A stretch of DNA of 63,328 nt, filler included, from Bonamia ostreae (GCA_040357525.1; 15 parts of 15 records of this genome joined end to end with filler, not necessarily neighbours in it); one strand, 5' to 3'. Shown: positions 12,498 to 25,078, counted from the whole stretch's first letter. A program made the numbers and translations. Notes: generated by a model not told the origin, from the sequence alone.

Positions 12498-12848
12498 CTA
12501 TAATTTTTTTAACAATTTTTTGAGACGACTTTTTTAACAATTTTTTTAAACAATTTTTTTTAACAATTTTTTGAGACGACTTTTTTAACAATTTTTTTTA
12601 ACAATTTTTTTAAACGATTTTTTTAAACAATTTTTTTTAACAATTTTTTGAGACGACTTTTTTAACAATTTTTTTTAACAATTTTTTTAAACGATTTTTT
12701 TAAACAATTTTTTTTAACAATTTTTTGAGACGACTTTTTTAACAATTTNNNNNNNNNNNNNNNNNNNNNNNNNNNNNNNNNNNNNNNNNNNNTTAATTAA
12801 TTAANNNNNNNNNNNNNNNNNNNNNNNNNNNNNNNNNNNNNNNNNNNN

Positions 12849-13137
12849 AACATTTTATTTTATGAAATTTCCCTTTTCGCTCAAAATAAGAGCGACAGGA
12901 CATTTTCCCTTCTTTTGTGAGAACAGCGTCCATATATTTTTCGTCCAAATAAGCCTTTCGTCCATTTAATCGCGCCGCTTTGTTGTGTTCGCCTTCCGCG
13001 TGTCTCAGAAAAATGATATTTTTGTGTTTAACGAGTGGTTTGTTGTAGCTGTAAAAGTACTTTGAGTATTTTTGAGATATTGATTTGTTTTCTTTGATGT
13101 CTGATAGCAGTTTTTGCTGGTTTTCTAGAAACGGCAT
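12849..13137 (-). CDS. Histidine phosphatase / phosphoglycerate mutase-like protein (3' truncated)
   Basis: IIFLRHAEGEHN...DAVLTKEG motif. Confidence 0.85.
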
Positions 13138-13650
13138 TTTTGATTATTTTATTAACCTTTTACTGACGTTTGTTAATGTTTAAGCTTGTTTATCGGTTTT
13201 GTTTTAAGCGTGATTAGGAACAACCCTAGAAATTTTTTATAATTCAAATATTAAAAATATTAAAAATTTTTTAAAAAATCGACTATTTAATTGCCGTTTT
13301 TTATTAAAATACAACAATTAAAAACATAAAAATTGGCGATTGTTGTTTTCAATTTTGACCCATTTCCAAACATTCAATAAAACTTTTATCTTTTATTTTA
13401 TCTTTTTTATTCTATTTTTGTTTTGTTATCTGTTCTATGAAACTAACTGCAATATCTTTTATCTTCAATAACTTCATTAACGCAAGTTAGCGAAATCGTC
13501 ATTCCATTTGGCTGTTGTTTGCGATGTGATCAACTTTTTAGCTATGATATCATTTTCCTGATTTCGTGTTCTAATGTTTGTACAATATGGACAAAGTAGA
13601 ATTTCCAAACAAAGAGTAAAATTGGTCAAACACAAAAATAGACAATAAAA

Positions 13651-16302
13651 TCATTTAACGATCGCATTTGGAGTTCCATCTTTATTGGAGCAACTTTGCG
13701 CATTAAGAATTCTCACTTGCTGAGCATAATCAGATTTCCCTGAATTCGAAAGCGTCTCAAGTTTGCGATGGCTTACTTTACTGTCCAAATAACGCTGTTT
13801 CAACTTATTTTGCATGTTGCTGCGGTACCTTTCATCCCTTCCATCTCTCTCATTGCCGTTGCCCAGGTTAGACCTTTTGTTGTTAGTAAATCACAAATCG
13901 TCGTTTAATGGCGAATTTGTCAAAAGCGAAACTTGTTGTTTGGCAATGCGCTCTTTGTGTTTTTAAGCGTTTTGTCCCGGGCAGCTTTCTTGATTTCGAA
14001 TATTTTGATATTTTTCTTATCGTTAGAACGAGGGAAACCTTGTGCAGATCAGATTGTTTCGCGTGTCGCTTCATCGTTTCTAGAGACTTAAAGCCGCGTT
14101 TGCAGAGAAGACAGGCGATTCGCTCGTAATCGAAGAAATCCTTTTTGCCACTGAACTCGAGTTGTCCCGTCAGCTGTTTTGTGTCCGCTACGAACTTGGA
14201 AACAACAGGCAACTTTGTTTTTTCGCTTTCTATCGGTGCCGAGGACGGGGGTTTAGGGATGTGCTCGGCAGCAGCGCCATGTCCTTTTAATTTTGTTCTA
14301 TTTACCCACAACAACGCCATGGCCTATTTTAGTGGCCTTCGCGACGTCTCGAAGTTGAGTAGCCTTTTTGGCGACCCTCCCAAATTTGGAAAATTTTTGT
14401 ACTTTGTCTCTACGTTCTGTTTTTTCTGTTTGTCGTGTGTTTAGGTTTTTTGCGGTTTTAGAATCGAGATTTTTTTATGATTTTTGCAGCTCATTACGTT
14501 TTTGCAAAAATTTAATTTTCAATACGATATTGTTTTTCCAAAAATAAAGTTTTCGCAATAACAAAATTTTAATTGTTCTATAACTAAAATGATATTCAGT
14601 TTTTAATTGTTCTACAATTTAAAGGATATTTTAATTCACAAAACTTATTCCATGATATTATTTCAATATAAAAGATATTACGAAATTTAAATATATATAA
14701 AAAATTTCCCAAACACCGAATGGGCTATTAACAGTTTAAAAAGTTTTTCGCTTGGAACATTGAAGAATGAAAAAATCAAACGCAGCGAGGATCGCTCAGA
14801 CAACAACGCAGAAGCAACTTGCTTTTGTGGTTTAAAGGCGACGGGCGTTTTTAACGGAATGGCGTGTGATGGCCGCGGCCTCTTCAAGCTTTCTGCTCGT
14901 AGCGGGAGCGGAGCGGCCGAATTGATTATTTTGACCGACGTCGATTCCACGCTGACGTTCGGGTTGCTCTGGTTTGCAACCTCGACGATGTAGCCAAAAC
15001 GGCCGACTTTAGCCGTCGCTTCGAACTCGTTTTTGGCCGCGTTCCATTCGAAGCAACTGCGGGATTGGGCGTGACAATATATTTGAGTGACAGGGTCGAA
15101 AAGGTACCCGGATTTGCCGTCAAAATAAAATCCGCTCTGTGCGTCGTAGACAAATCGTTCTTCTGTTTTGCTTTTTTCGCTGTTTTCGTTTCTTTCCAAA
15201 TCGTTTTGTCGTCTTTCCGTCTTTTCATCATTTTTCGTTTTGACGCGTCTTTTGTCGTTCTGCTCATCCGAACTCTCGCTGTAGTTCCGAGACCTTCTTT
15301 TGTGGCTGGAGTCGCGTCTTCTGTGCGATCGATGCGACTTGGACCTTCTTTCCGAATCTACATCTTTTTTCTCGTGTTTCCGGTGCCAGGCGCTCACTTC
15401 ATCTGTGGACACTCGACTCGACGTGTCTCGGACGTACTCCGTCAAGTCTTTGTCGAATCTCAGAGCCGCTTCCTTTTCCCGCAAGCGCAGTTTGACGTCG
15501 TAGAGCTCTTTCAAGTCTTTGGGCAAGTCCCTGGCGAGCCGCAAGACTAGTTTCCCGCCCAGCAACTCGAAGGGAGTCTCGCCGTGTTGCCGCAGAACGG
15601 AGTCTGTTTCGGCGGAGTCGTAGAACTCGACGAAGGCCATCGGAGGGCTTCCCGGGACTTTGCGGACGGAAACCGCCTTCACGGCCGCGACGGGGGCGAA
15701 AGTGTAGCGGATGTTGTCCTTCTCGGTTTCCGGCGGGAAGCCGGAAACCGACAAGACTTCACGCGCGAAAATGCCGTAGCGGAAGATGTTGTGCTCCATC
15801 GAATCCGCCGAAAACTTGCGCGAGAGTAGAATGGGCATCCCGTCCAAGGGCTTCGCCTCGGCCACTTCTCTCGGCGACTGGCACAAGTGGCAGCTGTCGC
15901 GTCGCGCAAAGTTTTTGTAGCGGCAATTTTTGCACACCCAATCGGTGTGCTTTTTCGCGCGCTTCTTCGCCGCGACGAAGAAGTCGAGGTCTTCGCCCTT
16001 CTGGAAGTAGTCCAGGTAAAGAGTCTTCCCTTTGACGGAGACGACTCCGGGGTCTTCCCTGTTTTCCACGAAGACTTTGGCGTCTGCCGCGGAAGCGAAC
16101 TCCGCCAAAGCCAGTTCGTGGTATGGCGGGGGCTGGATTTGCACGGTGGCTCCAGTGAACCGGGCCACGCTGTTGTTCAAGTCTTCTTCTGTGATGAACA
16201 TGTCGATTTCTCGAATAACGACTTTTTTGGTCGGGTTGCCAAAATATCTAAAAATCAACGAACAAACGGTTTGTTGGTTTTTATTCCCGAATAATCGCTC
16301 AT
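13651..16302 (-). CDS. RBM5/RBM10-like splicing regulator (RRM, RanBP2 ZnF, RRM, OCRE, C2H2 ZnF)
   Basis: DWVCKNCRYKNFARRDSCHLC, AFVEF, FVYDAQSGFYFDGKSGYLFDPVTQIY and ACLLCKRGFKSLETMKRHAKQSDLHK. First intron is 20 nt (16248-16267). Confidence 0.85.
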
Positions 16303-16423
16303 GAGAGCTTAAACTTTTATTTAAAATTTAGTCCAAAGCGCAAAAATAAAAACGAGATTTAGTAAGTTTCAGCTGATTTGCATAAAATAGAAACAGAAAG
16401 TTTTTACCGAAAACTCTTAAACG

Positions 16424-16800
16424 ATGTCCTACAAAAACAACAAGTTCTTTTGAACAAGTTTAAGTAACGGAGACCAAACAGAAGGGCGCACGCTGAAAGA
16501 AATGTCAAAATCAGACGACAAGAAAATCGCGCCTTTGTTGCAAAAGGTCGCATTCTTGAAGAACGTAACATTACTAAAACACTAAAGCTAACTCTCAGCA
16601 TTTCAGAAGAAAGCACAAAGCAGAACGACTTGCTCGACAGGATGGAAAGGGGGTTTGTAGAAAGGTCGTCGTCATTGGGCCAGAACTTGAAGCAGCTGAT
16701 AAAGTTATCTGGTTTTAATGGCCAACGCCATATGCATCATCTGTCCATGTTCATTTTCTTCGCGATTTGCTTCCTCTACTTTATTTCGAAACTTCGATAA
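16424..16800 (+). CDS. BET1: BET1-like Qc-SNARE (missed by ORF track)
   Basis: Introns 16444-16464 and 16565-16587 give LLQKVAFLKNLTLSISEESTKQNDLLDRME followed by a C-terminal TM (MFIFFAICFLYFI). Confidence 0.85.
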
Positions 16801-17390
16801 AAGCGCTATTTATTCTTTTTTGATTTTTTTTGTTTCAAAAAATTGTTTTGATTAAAAGCGAAAGCTGTTAAATAACAACATAAATTTTTTGAACGCAAAA
16901 TTTGCTACAGACTTTGGTTTTGAATGTTTACACCAAAATTTAAATTTCGTCTTTGGCCCAAAAATATAAATTTAGTTGACCATCTGCTAAATTTATCATC
17001 AAAAATTTTTAGCCANNNNNNNNNNNNNNNNNNNNNNNNNNNNNNNNNNNNNNNNNNNNTTAATTAATTAANNNNNNNNNNNNNNNNNNNNNNNNNNNNN
17101 NNNNNNNNNNNNNNNTAAAATTGAAGATTAATAAAAATAATTTTTTATTTTGTTGAAATCTAAATTAAGTTTATTCATCAATTTTAAATTTTTGAAATTT
17201 TGTAAAGCAAATTGGTTTTTAAGGATCAATTTTTGAATTTTTTTTTGGATTTAGAAATTCTTTTCATTACAATTTTTCTAAATTTACCGGGCACTGATAT
17301 CTTGTCGACTTTATCGCCTAAATATATTTACTATTTCAAATTAGTTAAAAAAATTTGGCACAATTGACAAAATTCAAAAAAGTAACTTTA

Positions 17391-17660
17391 CTAATACAAA
17401 TACTTTCGCCTCTTAAAGTTATATTTTATACAAATATAGACACCAACAAGAATATACAAACCAGTGGTCATTGCAAAAGCGATCATTATATTGTTGTACA
17501 TTTTTTCTTTTTTGATAACTCTAAGAATGACTGAAACGACTAAAAAGAAGAAAAGAAATGACCAAATCGCCATGTAAATTTTGAACTTTTTGAGTTGCTT
17601 GTTTTCCCATTTTCTATAACGTTCTTTTTTGCTGAGCACCGGGTCATAACTTATTTTCAA
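17391..17660 (-). CDS. Small two-TM hypothetical protein (start uncertain)
   Basis: 89-aa ORF with two hydrophobic helices. Confidence 0.45.
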   Translation of the reverse strand: MKISYDPVLSKKERYRKWENKQLKKFKIYMAIWSFLFFFLVVSVILRVIKKEKMYNNIMIAFAMTTGLYILVGVYICIKYNFKRRKYLY

Positions 17661-17958
17661 ATGATTAGTTATTTTGATGAAAATATCAATTTTCGTTTAT
17701 CAAATTAGTAATCTTTTTAGTCGAATTAAAAAATCTCATTTTTGCAAATTTTTTGTAATTCAAACTCTTTTTCGACAATAATCTCGTACTCACAACTTTT
17801 TTCAGCTGACGGCGAAATATAAGCTCTCTGGAAATATTTGGCTGACATTTAAAATTTTACTATTACCTATAAACGAAAAATATTTTTTGCTTGTCCTATT
17901 GAACTCATTTATAAAAAAATAAGTGAGTTGTAAAATTTTAGTCGTAAAAATATAAAAT

Positions 17959-19657
17959 TTATTTATTTTGAGGATAATCGATGGCGATTTCAAAACCCTC
18001 TTCTGGGTCAACCCATTCCAAAAAGTTCAACAACATAATTTCGACAATCAAAATTAAAATGAAAAAATAGGAGCTTACTCCCAACTCCTTTATTCTTTTT
18101 GGTTACAAGTTTTTATTAAGTTTTGATTACAAGTTTAATCCTTTTAAAGTTAACTAAACAGACGACGATTAGAAAACTTTTTAATTCTCTCGAGAAATGG
18201 CGCGGTTGTACTCGATTTCGCACAAACATATGTTTTCAAAGTGCGTTCTGCGACATTTTGCCAGTTGAACCTGTTTCCCACTATTCGATGCAATTTTTCT
18301 TCGTCCACAGAAAAGTTGTCTATGACACCACTCAGAGCAGATTCCATTGAACTTATGTTCGGCGAGCACATTGTAAATTGGTCATCAGGGTTGACTTCTG
18401 GAATGCCTCCGACGTTTGTCGTTACCACGTGCAGACCACACGACATCTTGCATTAAATCAAAATTACCGCTTCGAGGTTCGCCATGCAAAACGATTCGGT
18501 CAGAGACCCGTTTAAAAAAATGTGCGCCTCAATCAGATTTTCGCGCACTTTGTCAAACGGAATCCCCGGTTTAATGGTGATTCGATCGTTGAGCTGGTTT
18601 TTCTTCCTCATTTCCTCGACTAAGATCTTTTTGGGGCCGTCACCGACTTTGTTATTATTTATCGTTACCGATTATGAAGTGCGCGTTTTTGTATTTTGCA
18701 CAGATCAGAGGGATCACGCCTGTAATCAGTTCGATTCCTTTTCTTTTGTAGAAGCGGCCAATGCAGATCACGTTGATTTCTTTAAAATGACTTTAAAACT
18801 CTTTTTTGGGTTTGGTCGTTTCGACGGGTCTGGTTTAAAACGCGTCGAATCGATTCCGTTCGGAATCACTGAGATCTTCGTGTGATCGAAAATCGAGTTG
18901 ACAACAAAATTTTCTTTGCTGCAAATTTAAAATCTGACCATGTTTTGCTCACACAGATAATGTGGTCGAGGTGTGTGTAAATGCTGTTGTACAGATACGA
19001 AGAGCAGATTACGGAAAGCGCGCCGGGAGAATATAGCGAATGCGAGGTTAGCAAAACAGTCAAACCCATCAATTTCGCGTGGAGAATGCATTCCATCCCC
19101 AACATTGAGTTTATCTGCAAATTTTTTCAAATTACAAATCTTTAATTTTTATTATGCAAATTTTTTCAAATTACAAATCTTTAATTTTTATTATGCAAAT
19201 TTTTTCAAANNNNNNNNNNNNNNNNNNNNNNNNNNNNNNNNNNNNNNNNNNNNNNNNNNNNNNNNNNNNNNNNNNNNNNNNNNNNNNNNNNNNNNNNNNN
19301 NNNNNNNNNTTACAAATCTTTATCCTGAGATATTTTTGATAAAACTTGATGAGTGTGTACAATCTCTATTTTTTCACGCAAAACAATGTCGCGAAAATAT
19401 GGCAATCCGGATACAGCGACTAGACCCACAATACGATGCTCATAAAAGCGTTTCATGGGAAGATAGTAAACTTTGAGACCATTAGCCATGTACCTAACTC
19501 CTTGTCTGCGTTTAAATATGTTTCCTGTTATAACTATCACTTTGTGCCCCATTTTTATAAGTTGCTGACTTAAACAGAAAATGTGCGTCTCAACACCCCC
19601 GAATTGAGGGTAGAAAAAATCTGAAACGAAACATATTCTTAATTTTTTATTTGCCAT
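17959..19657 (-). CDS. PIGA: Phosphatidylinositol N-acetylglucosaminyltransferase catalytic subunit (PIG-A/GPI3)
   Basis: VSDFFYPQFGGVETHI, VYYLP, VIPNG, GDGPK, SLTESFCMA and VVTTNVGGIPEV, plus a C-terminal TM and FLEWVDP. Several 20-22-nt introns. Confidence 0.95.
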
Positions 19658-19799
19658 TTAAAGATTTATCAAAAACGCAAATGTATTTTTGATATATAAA
19701 AAACGCTTATTCTAATTAAAATTTTCGTTTTGTTTTCGTGCTCAATATCGTCTATATTTTATAAAGGACGCGATTTTTTTATCGTTTAGTGCTCAATTT

Positions 19800-21100
19800 T
19801 TGTTTATCTACTTATAACAAGAGTAGTTAATCGTTAAAAAGGACGCATAGTACATCTATTTTTATATGATCTTAGGTGGAAACCAGTTGTTGAAGGGCTG
19901 ACCAAAAGAACAGCAACAGGAAGTAAACATATATGTCTGAAATCTTTTTATTTATCTTTTTCTTGGGTATAAGTATGATGTTACCTGTGTTCTATGCTTC
20001 GGAAACTACGGTTTCAAACATCTTGTTTAAAGCGACTTCAATAACAATATTAATTAGTTCCCTCAATATTTAATGATGAATGGGTATACCTCAATGCCCG
20101 ACGCTTTACGTAATTTAACTTATTTAAATTGTTACATATTTAATGTTAATACTTTCCTATAAAAAGGGGTTCAAATTTTTCTCCTGTTTAAGAACAACAC
20201 AACAAAACTGTTAATCGTACAAAAAATATTTTTATGTTTGTATTTTTTAAATAATTCCTTTCAAAATTATTGATAATGATTTCTCCTTTCCCTCTTAATT
20301 TGGAATCAAGTTGCTTTCTTTTTTCTTGGTGCATAGATATTATTCCGTTTCTGGATTAAATCGTGTTTTGATTTGAGATCTACTTGTAATTCTGATGGAA
20401 GGAGTAGAACTTTTTTATATACCATGTTTCTATTTTTCGTTTATATACTCCATATAAGACTGCGTGTGATCCTGAGCAATTTAAGCATTTGATAGCTTTT
20501 GCTTTGCAACTTATGTCTTTGTGGTTTCAGGAGCATAATTTGCATATTTTTTTGTTTTTGCATGTATTTGATGCATGATCAAATCCGTACCACTTGTTGA
20601 CTGTCTGAAAAGTTTTTCGCTGGTTCTTGAGATTCTCAGGCGTTTATTTTCTAAAGTAAAGTATTTGAGTTTGGAGAATACTTCGTACCTATGGTCACCT
20701 TTTATTGGTTGGCTTGCTTCGATTTAATTATGAATTTTTCTTATAACAACGGCATGAAAAGTTTTAGGCATTTTATGTTCGTTATTGGTGTTCAACATTT
20801 TTTCGAGTCTCTTCTTTTGTTCTTTATATAGATTTGACCATTTTGACAACATCTTCCGGTACTGTTTCTGGTAGATAGCTTTCTACGTCGTCTGATTTAC
20901 GGCCTTCGAAAAATAAATTAATCTGTTCGTGTGTTACATTTTATTGAGAAAGTCGTTCGGATAAATTGTTATATCCATTAGATGCGTGTTTTTGTTGAAC
21001 CGTCAATAAACGAGAGACATTTGAGGATCTGGGAACTGAGTTCTAATTAGTGTTAAAGCTCAGTTTCGATTTTTGAGATCCCTTAGTTTTAATTTTGAGT
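19800..21100 (-). mobile_element. Decayed non-LTR retrotransposon (gag-like ORF1 zinc knuckles + RT remnant)
   Basis: At 20455-20605: NKWYGFDHASNTC..ICKLCS*NHKDISC..KCLNCSGSHA. At 19870-20110: KASG, GNIILIPKK and DFRHICLLPV, with stops and frameshifts. Confidence 0.75.
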
Positions 21101-21838
21101 TTAGAGATGGACGAGGTGTCAGGGTTGCGTCGTACACCCTCGTACGAAGAGTTTATAGATTTAAAACTATAAACCCTGTTCGACTTTATTATGCCTATCG
21201 AAAATATTGAATTTTGTTACATCCCGAAAGTATATCATTACCAATTTTTTTATATTATGGNNNNNNNNNNNNNNNNNNNNNNNNNNNNNNNNNNNNNNNN
21301 NNNNTTAATTAATTAANNNNNNNNNNNNNNNNNNNNNNNNNNNNNNNNNNNNNNNNNNNNCTAGAAATGGTTAAAAAGAAAAGAAGGCATACCCTCAAAA
21401 ACATCTTTTGTGTTCAGAGCAACACTTTGTTTTGCATTTTATCCGTTCGAAGAAAAAATTATCGAATGTAATTATTTTTTGTTAATACACCCCGTGCCAC
21501 TTTATTATACCCACATATTTTTGATTTAAGATAACGAGGAGGAGGACATTTTCAAAATTTTTTAAAATTTAAATGTTTTTGAACGATAGCAATTTTTTGT
21601 AGGAGCCATTTTTGTCTAAAAATACAAATTTAAGTATTTTTCAATATTTCGGCTAAACAAGCGTGCCCATTTATGATACCCACATTTTTCAACTAAAAAT
21701 GTATTTTGACTTGTAAAGATTTTGACTTGTGTTTTTAAAATCATGATCAACAAAAATCGAGTTTACTCATGACATAAAAAAAATATTTAGATGTACTCAT
21801 TAAGCTTTAGATAATAGTAAAATTTAGTATAAACAATA

Positions 21839-22712
21839 ATGAGTGGCGCTGGAGTTGGAGTTTAATTTTAAAAAATCATTTTTAAGTACGACCTTTCATG
21901 CCCGACGTATTCGCCGAACGGCAAAATCTTTCAATTGGAATACGCCGCAAAGACGGTCAAGAAAAGCAGTTTGATCGCGGGGGCTCGCTGCAAGGACGGC
22001 GTCGTGTTGGTCGTCGAAAAGATGCTCGTTTCATTTTAAAACCGCAGCCCTCCAAAATGACAATGGATTCTTCCAACACGCGGATTTTCACTATCACCGA
22101 CCACACGGGAATGGCCGCGGCTGGCTTCATGGGCGACAGCAGGAAAATCGCCGCTCAGGCTAGAAAAGAGGTCTCTTCGTACAAAAAGCTTTTCTGCACA
22201 GAGATCCCCGCGAAGATTCTCAACGATCGCGTAGCGTTTTTTCTCCCAATAGCAAAGTGGATATGTCCATTCGTTCACCTTGAAGTGGGACATGCGTCCA
22301 TTCGGCGCAAGCGTTTTGATGGCCTCGCACACGGAAGACGGAGGCCCGCAACTTTTTTTGATCGACCCAAGCGGAGCGACGCATGTTTTATTTGAAAAGT
22401 TAGCAATTTTTCGCGAACGCCATCGGGAAAAATTCGGACGCGGCCAAAACAGAGCTCAGCAAACACGACTTCGGGGAGAAAACCTGCAAAGAAGCTCTGA
22501 ATTTGCTCTCTGAGATGTTTGACTTGATAAAAAAAAGAGTCCACAAGTTACACGAGGGCTCTTCGGGCAGAAAATTGAGTTTGGAAATGAGTTGGGTGGG
22601 CGAAGAAACCGGGCACCGCCATGAACGCGTGCCGAAAAGTTTGTTTGATGCAGCAATGCGCTATGGCGCGGAGGCGAAGCGCCGGGCTGAAATGGAAAGC
22701 GATTCTGAATAA
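21839..22712 (+). CDS. PSMA3: 20S proteasome alpha7 subunit, 5 micro-introns
   Basis: [42 protein letters not shown], AIGK and LEMSWVG. Introns 21860-21886, 22028-22047, 22231-22252, 22385-22403 and 22517-22537. Confidence 0.95.
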
Positions 22713-23999
22713 AAGATTCTGTGTAAACCGTTTTTCTGGAACCATTTTTGTTTAATATTCAACAATTCTCAAGTTTAATAACATTTCTGGAACTTCAACA
22801 AGTTTAATATTCGAAATAAAAGTTTAATATTCAAAATTCTCCAGTTCTTCATTCCCCATTCAAACAATAAATTAATTGTATTATTAATTGTTCTATTAAC
22901 ATAAAAAAGGTGAAGAGTTGCGACACCTGAATTTCCATAAAAATAAAAACAAAAATATAAATAATGTAAAAAATAAGTTTAAAACATTAACGACCTTTTT
23001 ATCCATATTTTGTCACAAAAGGTGAAATTTCATCTACTTCTGCAGTTTTTCTGACATTCAGCATCTTTTATTTCTAATTCTGATATTTCTTAGTTTATCG
23101 GTGTTAAAGTGGATTTCCATCCCATAGTTTGTGGAAAATTACTTTCTTTCTGATGATATTATATTCCTGCTATTTGCTGTTAAGTTTTAATGATTGTTTT
23201 CTTTGATTACAAATTCAACTAAACTGTAGAAATGTTTAGCAATGAAGGCCAAGAAGACCAGAACGATAAATTTAAAACAATCACAGAGGCAAGAAGAATA
23301 AAAAATATGGAATCAAGTCGGATTGAATGTAACTACTAAAAATTCTGATTAAGATTAAATTCGATAAAGCAACGCATATTTGAAAACGCCAACAAAAGAA
23401 AAAGCGATAAAGAATTAATCCAATTTTGGATGGTGCAGTAAAAGGATAGGAATTGAAAAGAAGTGATAATAAAAGACTTAAAATATAAATCAAAGAAGGG
23501 AAAAGGAGTAATATGGAACCTAATTGAGAAAGAGTTAAATTTTAAAAGGAAATCGATAAAAACAAAAATAGTGCCAACAAAGAAATCAAAGTATTATTAA
23601 GCTTGGAATGGAAAACCTTCCGAAAGTCTGAGAAGGCAACGCTCAATTGCGAGGCTTTAAAAAAGAATACAGTGCATTGCTATTTGAATGGAACTGTGAG
23701 GTTGGGAAAGAATCCAGGAGGTTTTAAAAATTATCAACACTCTGCACATTTCTAAAAATATGAAAAGGAAAAGAAAAGTGCTCAAATACGAAAAGAGATC
23801 AAAGTTGATAAATTAAATAAATATGAACGATAACTTTGACACATATTCTTAAATTAAATTAAGCGATAAATAAGCGTCAAATTTCGTCTTTATTTTATAA
23901 ATACAGTATTGAAAGAGCAGAGATAATCAAATCTTTATTAACGTTAAAAAGAGCAGAAATTTCGAAAATTCTATTTTAGCTAAAACCTATAAACCTTTA

Positions 24000-25078
24000 A
24001 TGTCCGAGGAACACATATTCGGAGTGCGCCAAAGAAGGATGAATCGGAACAACTCGGAAGACGCAACTGAGTTGACTCCGCTAAACTGGAACGAATTCTT
24101 CGACACGAAAACATTCTTAAAAATAGATCGCCGGAAAAACAACAACGGCGACGAAGAAGAAAAGGAGGCCGCCGAGAACTTTTGTGTGTACGAAGCTGGA
24201 AAAGTCGAGCCCGGAAAAGTTTTATATTGACAAAAGCCCTGTTTTGTGTTCATACACGGAGCCGGCCACACCGCTCTCTCTTTCGCGCTGCTCGCGCGAG
24301 AACTCAAAAGCGGGTTCCGCTGCGTGGCATTTGACCTCCGCGGCCACGGAGAGACGACGGTCCAATCTCCTTTGAACTTCTCACTGCAAGTTTCACTCGC
24401 TTCATTCCCGAAGACCCTCGCCAAGGACACTTTGTGTGTTCTCCGGCAACACCTGAAGAACACCGCGCCGATCGTTTTGGTCGGCCACAGTCTCGGCGGA
24501 GCAGTCGCAGTGGTAACATCAACTAAAGCCTAGCGGACTGCGAAGGACATGGAAGAGAGCGACAACATCGCTGCCGTCGCCGTGATAGATCTGTCGGAAG
24601 GAACGGCCATGTCTTCGCTCCCCGCGATGACGCGGATACTGCGGCAGACCCCGCACTCTTTCCATTCGCACGAAGAAGCCATCGCGTGGAGTCTGCAGCG
24701 GGGAAGCGAGCGCTCTCGCGAAGCCAACCGCGTGGCGATTCCCAGCCGACTGCAGCGATCCGATTCAGGCGCTCTGGAATGGCGCACCAACCTCTTCTCG
24801 ACGCGCGACTTCTGGGTGGACTGGTTCAAAGGTTTTTCCGACGACTTTGCCAACCTGCGCACGGCGCGGCTGCTGATTCTCGCGGAGACCGACAGACTCG
24901 ACAAGCCTTTGACCATCGCGCAGATGCAGGGCAGGTTCCAGCTCGAGGTGGTTTTTGAAATGTTTAGGTTCTCCCGGGCTCCGGGCACGAAGTGCACGAG
25001 AACAACCACAAAGCCGTCGAGAGGATTCTGAGGGAGTTCGTGGCGCGGAACAAGCAGTTCCGGAGCGATATTTTCTAG
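24000..25078 (+). CDS. PPME1: Protein phosphatase methylesterase 1 (PME-1)
   Basis: HGAGHTALSF, DLRGHGET, GHSLGG, EGTA, LLILAETDRLDKPLTIAQMQGRFQ and GHEVHE. Introns of 18, 24, 21 and 20 nt. Confidence 0.95.

Noticed and set aside
15065-16304. Overlapping antisense ORFs over the RBM5-like, PPME1 and ESS2 genes
   Set aside because: Expected shadow ORFs in GC-rich coding DNA, with no recognisable motifs.
21898-22712. Frameshifted pseudogenes or programmed frameshifting in PSMA3, PCMT1, CARS and others
   Set aside because: The frame changes I traced coincide with short GT..AG segments and the catalytic motifs are intact.
24000-25078. Stop-codon reassignment or readthrough (in-frame TGA at 24228-24230 and TAG at 24531-24533 within PPME1)
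   Set aside because: Both stops lie inside 18- and 21-nt GT-AG introns whose removal restores family spacing. TAA, TAG and TGA all terminate genes in this window.
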